From assembly GCA_051294375.1 (NCBI GenBank), contig CM119269.1, positions 6,709,552 to 6,773,551 of the forward strand: DNA of 64,000 nt, in the 5' to 3' direction. The first letter of the stretch is position 1. Each line of letters starts with the position of its first letter. This document shows, in pieces, positions 33,121 through 44,618 of this stretch. This stretch comes from Paraspadella gotoi (Eukaryota; Animalia; Chaetognatha). The translations under genes were made by a program, and so were the position numbers. The notes under the pieces are model-generated. The model had not been told where the DNA came from and searched no databases. It saw only the letters and a program-made list of their open reading frames with translations.

Positions 33121-34458
33121 GCCACTCGCTCGATTTGCAAATAGAAGATTGAGAAATAGCTTACTATTCGATTCCAATGTTTTCGATAAGATTAAATGCA
33201 GCGGAAATATATATATATATATTTATATGCTATTGTTCGTGCATGGAAATTGTTTGGACAGGGGAGGGAATGGAAAGCTCGATGTAAATCTAAGTAAACA
33301 TTTTTTTCTAGTTGACGCTAGAAACCCGAGTATTCAAAGTGCGTTGACCCCGTTCTCTTCAGCTCTCCCTTTCCGTGTTTTGCGTTCGTCTTTCGTGCGT
33401 ACGTCAGTAATTCAGTACGTACGTCTGTCGTGCGTGCGTCAGTATCAAGACCGTCACCCGAATTAACATTCGATCAAAATCCTCTCTTCGCTTCCCGAAT
33501 TTTTTCAAATCGGATAATTAACGAACGCTTTCCACACGTTTCTCTCTCTCTCTCTCTCTCTCTCACTCTTCTCTACTCCTCATCTCTCTCTCTCTCTCTC
33601 TCTCTCTTACTCTCCTGCTTGATCGATTTTAATTCGAACGAGGCTTTTGTATTCTTCGTCTCCAGGCGACGGAGAATTCGTTAGCGACTCTGACGCAAGA
33701 GCGGCCTGAGCCGGTCCTCGTCATGCGTCGTCGTCGTCCTTTCTCCTTTTTTTTTCGTTTTTCGTCGTCCTTTCTTCGTCGCTCGATCGTCGCGGTCCGT
33801 TCGTCGTCGTCGTTTTCGTCGGTTGCCGACGAGACCCGAAGGAAACGAGGAAGGATTTAAGTTTCCAACTTGAGCAAACATTCTTTTTCTGCCGAGATTT
33901 TGATCCTCGACGCTCGAAGGAGACGAGAAAAAAAAAGGGACGGGGCGGTGGAAGGGGTGTCGAGGGAGAATAAAAGGGGTGTGGAGAGGGGGTGGAAGGG
34001 AGCGTTGAAAATCGGGGTGGTTTGGGTGTTGGGGGATGGAAGGCGCGGCGAAGATTTTAGGGTTGGAAGGAGTGATGCTATTTTAATGGAACTCGGCTTC
34101 CGAATAACTGATGAAATAGTTGGTGTGGGGAAAATAGAAAGTTTTTTTATAAGATTAAGTAATTAATAAATATGAGAAAAATGAAAAGAGAGGTCGAAAG
34201 TGGAATCGGAGCGATGGAAATAAGAAGCGATGAAAATGATTACTGATTTAAAATTTAAATGATAAAAATAAGGTGTGATTGACGAGAGGTTGCGAGGAAG
34301 AAAGAAAACGATGACAAAGAGAGAATAAGAGGGAATTTGGGACGGAATTAGGAATTGTGAAAGAATCGATATTCAGTCGTTGACTTCGAATAAAAATCCC
34401 CGAGTTATCGATCTGATAAAAAAACGACCTCGTTTAAATTAAGCAATAAAGAGAGAGA

Positions 34459-34525
<67 letters not shown>

Positions 34526-34743
34526 AAGAGAGAGGAGAGAAGATGGGTGTTAGCCGGCCCTTCTTTAAGCCGCACCCTTCCCAGAACCCGGCCGGAGTCC
34601 GTACGGTGTTGGTATTGAATACCACCGTTCGCCGACGGCGAAAAGGAACGAAGCCCTCTGAGTTTTCAGGCGCGCAGCATTTTTTTTTTTTTCCTTTCTT
34701 CCTTTTTGAAAAGCCGTTTTCGATCCTGTCCCCCGAGAAGCAG

Positions 34744-34813
<70 letters not shown>

Positions 34814-34913
34814 TCCTTCTCTCTTCCTCCCCCCTTTATTCGAGCCGCTGCTCCTCCTCTCGAATTCTTTTGAATCTTTTTTCTCGCCCCCTCCTGCCAC
34901 TTGCCTCTCTCCT

Positions 34914-34988
<75 letters not shown>

Positions 34989-35042
34989 CTCTTTCTTCCA
35001 AAGTTTAGCGCAAACGATTCTCTCTCTCTCTCTTTCTCCTCT

Positions 35043-35095
<53 letters not shown>

Positions 35096-35499
35096 TCTTC
35101 TCCTCTCTTTCGCTGGGAGGAAACGCGGTTGCCGCCGGTCGCTAGGCAGCCAGCCACGTTACGTCGGCCGCCTCTCTCTCTCTCTCTGATCGGTTCCACA
35201 AAGGATTTTTTCGAAGACGAAGAATTTTTTTTTTCTTTCGTTGCGTCGATCGGTGGGATAAACCAACTTTTTCTCCGTCTCGGTCTCTGTCGCTCTCTCC
35301 CTCTCTCTTCTATTTTTCTCGCCTTTCTCACTTATATTCTTATTTTTAAATATACTCATCGATGGGATAATATTTATATCCGTTTTGGAAAAAAAAAAAA
35401 ACATCGAACTTTTTTTCGATTTGGAAAAATCGACTTCGATCTTCGACGCATTTTTTATTCCGGCGGCGAAATTCGTGGGAAATGTAAAAAAGGTCGAGA

Positions 35500-35501
<2 letters not shown>

Positions 35502-35590
<89 letters not shown>
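35502..35590. repeat. (GAT)n microsatellite
   Basis: Visible run. Confidence 0.95.
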
Positions 35591-35591
<1 letters not shown>

Positions 35592-35794
35592 AATAACAAT
35601 GATATTATACTATTGATAATAAGGATGATAACGGTCGTAAAAATAATAAGGTTAATAATGATGCTGATGCAGATGATGATAATAATCTAAATGATGTTAA
35701 TAATGATGTTGAAGATAAGATAACATTTCTAAATTGTCCCCCACCTGCCTTCAGGTCACCAGCAACCTCCGCCCCAACTCACCCCCCCCCAGAA

Positions 35795-38700
35795 ATGGTG
35801 AGTCGCAAGAAGAGGAAGAGCGTTCCCTCTCGCGCATCCTTGCAACCGCTGGTCCGCGCCGAAGACGCCGATTACGCCGACGACGTTGAAAACGAAGCCG
35901 CTTTTCCCGGCGTCGGAGGCGACGAGGATCTCGTCACTCCGGAGGAAAACGGCGCGAACGACGACGACGACGACGATGCCAGCGAAGACGAAAACCGGCG
36001 CCTCTCTCTCGCAGCGAAACTTTTTGCGAACGAAGACGAGAATGGAAACGAAGCGGAAGTAAAGACGCCGGAACGTGAAGCGGCGTCGGATGAAGAGGAA
36101 TCGAGAGAGCTAGAGGAAGGAGCGACATCTTACGACGCCGACATGAATGACGAAAGAATGTCGCCGAACGAAATGGATATGACTCCTCGGGAAGAGAAAA
36201 TGGCGATGGATGGCGAAGGAACGAATCCGCGAGAGGACGAAACGGCGCCGGTTTTGGAATACGACGCCGAATTCGAGACAGAAGCGACGCCGGAGGATTC
36301 TAGGATTGATTCCGTCGTGGATGCGGCGTCGTTCCATTCATCGGTGACGCCGATAGATTCGCCGATCGAGAACCACGTCGAAATTCCGGCGCCGCGTCGG
36401 AAAGAGGAGGCGTCGCGAATGGGCGGTGTAGGATGCGGCGGCGCCGTTTCGGCCTTTGGGAATATTTGGGAGAAGTTGGAGGAGGAAGAGAAGGAGGCGT
36501 TCATGAAGTGGCTCGACGTTCAAGTCGCTTCGTGGAAAATTAACGGGACTCTTTTGCAGGCGTCAGGTGAGGACAAGCTTTTTAAATTTTCGTTATAATA
36601 CAATTAATTAAAACTTAAAACTTTTAAGGAGCGCTTCTTTTTATTTATTTTTTTTTATTTTCAAAAAATAAAAGTCAGCAACTAAAAAATAAAATGAAAA
36701 GATTTTATCATTAAACTACCTATAAATTCTCTTCGAAAAGGTTTAAATTGAACGAGTTCTCCTGTGGTACAAAATTTTAAGTTTATAATTAAAACAACCT
36801 CTGGCTATTGGCTATACGGCCCGCCGTGGTACAAAATTATTATCATTATTTAATAATAATTAATTCTTTCAGTTTCGAATCGATTTTTCGAGAGGGCGAC
36901 CTTTTTCGATCCGCTCGCCGCCGTCTCCGTCCCCGCCGCCGCCTCCTCGAAGGCGAAACGAAAAGCCTCCGAATCCGACGATCGAATCGAAGCGACGAAG
37001 AAACATCGAGGAGAGGGTTGGACATCGAGTGGTCAAAGGACGACGGCGGCGGCTGCTGCTGCTTCTGATGTAGCTGAAAACGGAGGAAAGGTGAGACGCG
37101 TTGATAAAGTTTTATTCGATTTCAGTAACATATTCCTCACCATTTTTGAATCCTTATTGTCTTTACTAGTTACTACTACATTCACGGATCTTTCTACTTT
37201 CATTCGTAAAACGGAGATAAATCTTTTTTAATGATTATTTTTTGTTTTCAGTCGCCCATCGAATTTTTCGAAAAGTTCATCACCCGAGAAATGATTTCGA
37301 GGATTCGTGACGCCGTCAACGACTCCGTCAACAACGACGTCAAACCCGACGCCATAGAATTTGACGCCGACGCAAATGACATCCCGAACAGAACGCTCGT
37401 CACCAAAGGAGAGATTATGGTGAGACTTAACCTCATATGATAATTCTACGATTGATTCCAATAAATTTCAATATATAATTTAAATGGCACTCTTGCAAAC
37501 AGTAGCCCCGTACCCTCATGATTTGAAAACTCGTTAAAAATTGTTGCTTTACTAATATATATTTGTATATTATCTGTATGTATATTGTATAATCAAGCAT
37601 CCAAGGTCAATTATCAAAACGATCATGCCGATCATGTCGATCATGCTCCTTTTAAGGGCCAAGTGTGGAGCAACAGGTGTGTTGCGAGCTTGTTATATTG
37701 ATGATATTAGCTTTTGATAGTTTTAAAGCGATAGACACACTTAATCGACTATAAAAAAACTAGGAAAGCCACACGCACACTTTTTTCAGGCGTTTTTCGG
37801 GGTCCTCGTTTTGCTCGCGAAGGAGTCGACTGGGAACTTGGCGGCGCTGTGGAGGACGCCTTCGGACGATGCGACGACGACACCGACGACGCCGTCGCTG
37901 AGTCTAAGACGCACGCGCGAGATTTTGAGACGTCTGGACTTGGGGAAGGAAAAGGTGAGAATTTGGATGAGGAGGATCGAGGTCAGAACGAACCTATGTT
38001 TGAATTAAGATGTGAAGGAGTCGATAGGATTCAATTCGATGATTAAATGGCCGGTGAAAATGTATATCAATAAATAAATATTTTAAAAAAACGGGTATTA
38101 AATTGACAATCTTAATGGAAGCCTTAAATTATCGTTTATCGTATGAATGAAAATCTTTGTATTGTTCGAAAAATTTCGTAAGAAATCATTAGGTAGTCGT
38201 AATATATAGTCTCATTCCGTCTTTACAGTAACCCTGCCGACAGCAATATTTATTACGTTATTGATTTTATTAACTCAGGCGAATTGGACATCAACCACCT
38301 CGGTGTTGGCCTGGATAGACGATCTTCGCGATCGTTGCTGTCAATTTCAATCTGACAAAAAGATCCACGACCACTTGGTCTCCTTGACCAACCTTCGCCT
38401 CGGCGGCGATGGCGACCCAGAAAGCAATACAGTACGGAATTAATCTCAATCGAATTAACCTTTTGACAGAATGAGGTTTTCTTGGCTTGAGTTTATCGTT
38501 TTGAACAATTATTTTTATTTTTTTTAAAAAAACCACGATGACAGTGAGGAGAGGAACTGTAATTTTCCGTTAACTCTTTAAGCACCTTTATATAGTAGAG
38601 TTTTATGCTCAGTTCCTTAAATTCTTGTGATAAATCTGCTCTCTTGTTAGGGCCAAATGTTATCACTGGAACTCCGAGGCCGGAGACGAGTTTAAGATTA

Positions 38701-41700
38701 GTAATAATTTATTGTCTCTATTTAATTTTAATTGTAATTCCTTATCGTTATTTCAGCAATGTGCAAATTATATTAAAGGATCAAATGACTTTTATCTGTA
38801 AGCAAGCTACATTTGATTTGGTAGAATATGACGCATTCTAGAATTTTTGTTTAATACTTTCGACATTTCAAAATCCAACCCCTCTCCAGCGCCGCCTCCA
38901 ATCCAACGCTTCCTTCTCCACCTCCGCCTGGGAGTTCTGCGCCTCTGACGGATTCGTCAAGAATTTCGTCGTCGACTCGGAATTTCGCGTCGCGAAGTCT
39001 GAAGACGAGGTCTTCGAACTCTTGACGAAACTCTTGGAGCCTTTTGGCGATAAGGTCGATCCGCTTAGTTCGGTCTTGCTTTCTTTTTTTCTTTCTTTTT
39101 TTTCTATCTGACTTCTTTTCTCTCTTTCTTTCATGCTTTCTTTCTTTTTTTTCTTTATATCATTCTTTCTTTCGTTTTGTCCTTCGGTCTTTTTCTTTCT
39201 TTTTTTTTTTATATTGTTCTTTCTTACTATTGCTTTTTTTTCTTTCTTTATTTCTTTCTCTCTTTTCATTTCCTCACTCCATCCTACGTAATTCCTCGTA
39301 AACTCCTTTAACCGCCTACAGCCCAAGACCCTCGTGGTGCCATCTTCCCTCGCGCGCGTCGGCGTAGCCCGTCGATTTCGGCGACACTCTCGGGTCCCGA
39401 TCTCCATCGTCGGTCGGACGCGGCTTCGCGGCGCCACTGGACTTTCGACGCAGCTGCTGCGCCGCCTTTTCGATCGCGACGCGGGGCCGGACGACGTCGC
39501 GGTGGTCTGGTGAATAAAGGGCGAGATGGGATTTCTTTTCTTTCTGTTGTATAAAACAACTTGTATTGCTGTTTTTATTTTTTGTTTTTAATTAATTAGG
39601 TATTAGGCGGAGTACAGAATACAGAGTACGGAATTGTTGTGACTGAAAATAAATGTCTAAATTGTAGATTCTGATTTCCTTAGTGACGACGGGGTTTCGG
39701 TGATCCTCTCGGAGGAGGATGAAGAGGAGGAGGTGTGTCTCGTCAGTGGGTTGGCGGAAGACGACGACGACGACAGTGAGGACTTGCTCGAAGATGGCGC
39801 TCGAAAGGCGCTCGATCTCTTCAGGCGATACAGCGAAGCGCTTTTTCAGAAAGTCTCGTGGAATCTTGGGGATCTTGGAGGGTGAGAATGACAAAGATAG
39901 CGACGAATGCATTCATCAGTTTTAGCTTTTCTTTTTAACCAATTTTTATGAAGATTTTGTCATTGTGTAATATTTGTGTATATTTGTGTATATTTAAACA
40001 TCCAACACAGCGAAAATCTTGCGGTTTTCTGCTACGGGATAAGGATCGCGCTTCAAAACAGCTTCACTTTGTGGGGTAGCCTTCAAGGTGAGTCGAAATT
40101 CGAACAGCAGAGAGGGAGTAAATGTACAATTGAAGTTTCCGATCGAGATATTAAATATCTTATCCAATACTTGGCTTCAGTTTATGCAATCATCGATATC
40201 ATAATTTATATAATTTTTTTTGTCTTCAGACGTCGACCAAACTGATTCTCGCTTTCAACTCTCTCAATTCGGCGCCACCGTTGCCGACGCCCTCTTTCGA
40301 CAAAACGATGCCGGTGTCGCCAGGGGCGCTCTCCACGGTTCCATCGGCGCATTGAGCGATCGAAAAGAAAAGCTGGAAGATCGAATCGGCACGCGGGTAG
40401 AGAGAAAAAGCGCGCCGGATTCGCGGAAAGAGGCGCTTATCGCTAAAATCGGCGTCGGCCGCGCGGAGGACGCGAAAACGGGAGAGTCAAGAACAAAGAT
40501 CGAGCCGAGAGAGATCGGTGAGGGTGGGTGAGGGTTGTCCGTTTCTGGGTGAGGTTTATCATTGAAACCAACTTTTTTCTGCTTCCCACCCCTTTATGCA
40601 GATGAAAGGCTGGATTCGTCGTTTCGCTCTCATAAACTCAAACTGATGCCCTTAAAGGCTCAGCCCTGCACGTGGTGTCAGTTCTCCAATCAGGTAAGAC
40701 TTTATACGTCTCTCTCTCTCTCTCTCTCTCTCTCTGTTCCTCCCTCTTTCTCCTACTTTCCCCAATCCAAACAGGTCCGTGGCCTCTCGCCCCCTCGCGA
40801 GGCCTTCATCCAGACTTCCACCGGTTGCGTCGATTGTGACGTTTACCTTCACGACAAACCCTGTTTCGTCGCCTTTCACGTTCACGCCGAGAAACTGGCT
40901 GCGGCCGCGGCGGCGGCGAAGGAAGGGGTTGAACGCGGCGTTAAGGGTGAGTCGAGGGGAAGGGGAGGTCAGGTCGGAATGATGGGCGAGTTTTGTTGTC
41001 GGTTTTGGGTAAGATGTGAATTGGAAACGAATAATCGAAAAGTTTAATTCAATCAATTAATAAAATTTCATTTGATTTGTTTTCCTTTCCTCCCCCCTTT
41101 GCTTAATTCAGAACCGCTACCCACATCTAAACATTCCTCCCGATCTGTCTCCCTCCTCTCTTCGCGTTCCCCGCACGTTCGCTCCAACCCCGCGCCCCAA
41201 AGGCCCCATCACCGGCCCGCCATTTCCCCCGCCGTAGCCGCCGCAGCCGCCGCCGCCACGCGAAAATCCCCAGCGGCGGCCGTCGCTCCGCCAACGCAGC
41301 AGCGTTACGTTTCCCTGCTGCGGCCGCTGCGTTCGGTGCCGACTTCTACTCCGCCGACGCAGCAGCCTGCGCGTCCAGTCTCTCCGCCGCTTCGAACGCC
41401 TTTCAACACGAGCTTCCTTAAAACGACGTTGGTTCCGCCCCTCTCGCCCAAAGCGGACTCTCCGCCTCCGCAGCCCGTCTTCCCCGGCCCGCCACCGCTT
41501 TCCCTGCACAAGGCGGCGGGAGGCGGCGCCGGGGCTGTCGGTGCGGCGAGAGGGCGCCGCGATTCCGGCGACGAGACGCGCGCGACGCCGCCACCGCTGC
41601 AGCCGGGCATCCCGAGTTCCATTGCCAACATGATGGCGGCGTTCAACATCAGCCCCAAGGAGCTCATCACCGTCAGGGATAGGCTGATGAAGAGAAGCGC

Positions 41701-43796
41701 AGGGATGAGGTGGGTTGCTGCTGGGGAGGAGTATGGCTTGGCAGCGTGGTTGCGTGTTTTGCCTGAATGAGGTATCGTTTGTCGATCCCAAATTCTAATT
41801 TGCATGTTACAGTCATCAAAATTCAACGGAACGGGTATTTTATAAAAAAAAAAAAAAAAAAGGTAAAATTGAACATAGAATGTTAAGGAATTTGATGATG
41901 GTTTTTCTACTTTTCATCTTATGCCAATGCGAACGTAGGTTTTTCGGGCGGCATCGTTAAACTTCTACGTCAGCAAGTTTTAAAAAAAAAAGCACTGCCA
42001 TGAAACTTTACATTTTTGACAGCGACGCCTCCCAAGATGACGCCGCTGGATCTATGTCGCCGGAAATGGACGAAGCCGACCGGAGCCGTTTTAACGGCCT
42101 CGCTAAGGAGACGCCCCTATTTCTGCGACATTTGAGTATGTTTTTTCATTACCCTTCTCAGGCCCTGAGTTTACTAATCGTTTGTATTCTCATATATTTC
42201 CCTATTTTTTCATGCAACAATAGACGAAAAAAATGTATACTCCTGTGCAAAAAAAGAGGCCACTCTTAGGTCTTGAATTGTGCTCGTTTTATACATCTAT
42301 TATAAAATATATTAATGATAAATGTATATTTTTAAAAAAAGAATCCATACATAAGTCAAAAGGAAATCGGTCCAGCTATTCAGGTGCTATAGCGACCGGA
42401 AGACGAGTCGTTAAAAACAAAATGAAGATGTGCAAAAAAATCGAAGCCTGATTTTTACCTTATTTCTTATAAAAAAAAATTAAGAATGGCCAATGGGAAT
42501 TGTGGATTTTTGAAAAAGAAAGCCATGTATATAAGTTTTAAAAAAATCGGTTTAACCATGCTCTATCGCTCTGATTGAGTAGTTACTTTTCTTTGCAAAG
42601 TAAAATAGTTTTTATTGAGTTTCAACTTTCAACAACGATTATTATTTAAAATCGAAAGTTTTGTTTCTTAATTAAAAAATTAGGGAAAAAATTTGTCATT
42701 TGTAAAAGTAGTTACTTTTACAAAAAACATTGCTGTAAACGGATATCCAAATTTTCACCAATAGTTCTTTTTTCTATGAATATTATTCACCTATATCAAT
42801 GAAGGAATCTAACATGATTTATTTGCGTACTGTTGTAGGGTGGCCTCTTTTTCTTTGCACCGGACTGTATTACGTTATCATCAATTGTATTTTGAATCAA
42901 AACACTTACGCTATTCCTCCAGACGTCAGCCACAATAACGACGACAACGACGCCGACGACGACGAAGCCGACCTCAGCAAGCGCAGCCTCGACCATTTTC
43001 GCGCCAAATTGCAAAAGCTTCGCCCGGCGTCGCTCGGTTCCATCGCGCCACGCCCATCCACTTCGGTCGTCGGAGAGAGCTCCGGTGCCGTCGCTTCCAG
43101 GAAATCTGCGGTGACCTCCGCAGCTACTGCCGCTGCGGCTTGGGCTGCGGCGGCCGGTCATCCCAATCCTTCCATTCACAGCGTGTCGACGCAGTTGGCC
43201 GACATGTTGGAAGTCGATGAGCCCGACGCCGCCGACCCCCATTCCATTCACAATTATCAGCAGATGACGCAAGTCGTCAACGCTCAGTTTCCTAATCACT
43301 GCGTCTCCAAGTTTCCAGGTGATTTGTGAAATTGGTATCTCTCTCTCTTAATCTTGAAAGATTTGTGAAATTCGCATCTCTCTCTCTTAATCTTGAAAGA
43401 TTTGTGAAATTCGCATCTCTCTCTTAATCTTGAAAGATTTGTGAAATTCGCATCTCTCTCTCTTAATCTTGAAAGATTTTAAAACAAAAAAAAAACAAAA
43501 AAAAAACGACGAATTTTGACTTCTATCTTTACGCTAGTTTTTATTACCCACAGTTTTCCAGCTGCTTCCGTTCCTTACCTTTTTTCTTCCCCCCCCATTC
43601 CCGCAAATCAGGTCGACAAAAGACATGCAAGTGGTGCACCCGACTCCGGTCAACGACCAGGAGTGGGCGCCGCCCCGAGACCACCTACGGTTGCGCCATC
43701 TGTGGCCTCAATCTGCATCGCGATTATTGCTTCCTCGCCTATCATTATCACCTCGTCGTACCTCTGGCGGACAAAAAGCAACTCCCGCCGCCTTGA
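35795..43796 (+). CDS. Domesticated piggyBac-transposase-derived protein (PGBD-like), ~1315 aa, two Cys-rich domains
   Basis: 16 exons: 35795-36566, 36873-37090, 37252-37419, 37790-37954, 38279-38431, 38890-39054, 39322-39509, 39684-39881, 40011-40087, 40230-40517, 40602-40693, 40775-40946, 41112-41709, 42023-42135, 42923-43318, 43612-43796; 3948 nt with no internal stop. PiggyBac motifs occur in order: SPIEFFEKFI, VTKGEIMAFFGVLVL, LW, WEFCASDGFVKNF, IVGRTR, VFCYGIRIALQNSFTLW, ERLD..H, CxxC..CxxC.VYLH..CF..FH. Confidence 0.88.
43321..43478. repeat. ~39-bp tandem repeat, four copies
   Basis: gatttgtgaaattcgcatctctctctcttaatcttgaaa, starting just after the donor of the last intron of the piggyBac-derived gene. 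Confidence 0.95.
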
Positions 43797-44618
43797 CTAA
43801 ATATCCACACGCCTTTTGTTTTTTATTTCCGTTTTTTGTTTACATATATATTTTTCTTTTTATATACTTTTTTGACGAGAGAAAAAAATATTTTTGAAAA
43901 AATGAAAAAAAAAATCGAAACTGTTATCACATCTTCGCAGTTTTTCAATTTCCATTTTTTCTACATTTTAGTTAGACTGTTAATAATTTAAATCGCTAAG
44001 AAGTTAGCTCTCCTCATTACGGCCGTCTTCTAATGACAATGACAATGTGCTCTGCTTCTAGAAATGATGTTTCGAGATCGGAATTATCATTTGCCCAATC
44101 GGAACTAGCAAATTAAACTTTTCCGAAGTACAAATCTTATAAATATTAAACAATTTTGTATTAAAAAAGCTCGAGAAAAACCTTTGGAGAGTCAAACTTT
44201 TAACAAAAAAAATTATGACTTCGATCCGCTTTAACGTAGTGATACGGTTTCTTTCATTTCACTCGGATTCTCGAAAGAGTAGAAAACAAGATAGCGAAAT
44301 GGATCGATCCTGTGGCTCTCGATCGCGCGGTCGCTCGGGACGCGTTGACCGAGTTCATATTAATGATGACGATGATAGCGATGTTGACAATTCTGAGGAC
44401 CTCGATGATGAAGATCGACGACTTTTCAGTTTTATTTTCTTCCTTTTTTCTCACCGAAAGTTTGTAAATCTGAATCTTAAAAAAAAAAATTTGCGTCGTT
44501 TTGCGATTTAAAGAACGGGCGCTTTGATTTTATTTTAGTGAAAATATTGAAGTAGTGCATCTTCCTCAATCCCCAGTCGAGCAAATGGCTTAAAGCTTTG
44601 TTCTTTCACCGTCCAAAA

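Noticed and set aside
41117-41826. Long antisense ORFs over GC-rich exons (also 4335-4739, 9539-10072, 42796-43299)
   Set aside because: Shadow ORFs of coding exons on the other strand.
43321-43478. CRISPR-like regular repeats (also 16461-16540)
   Set aside because: Head-to-tail repeats without spacers, no cas genes, and a eukaryotic context.
35700-43900. Active piggyBac transposon
   Set aside because: 15 introns, no evident TIRs, and no apparent DDD triad.
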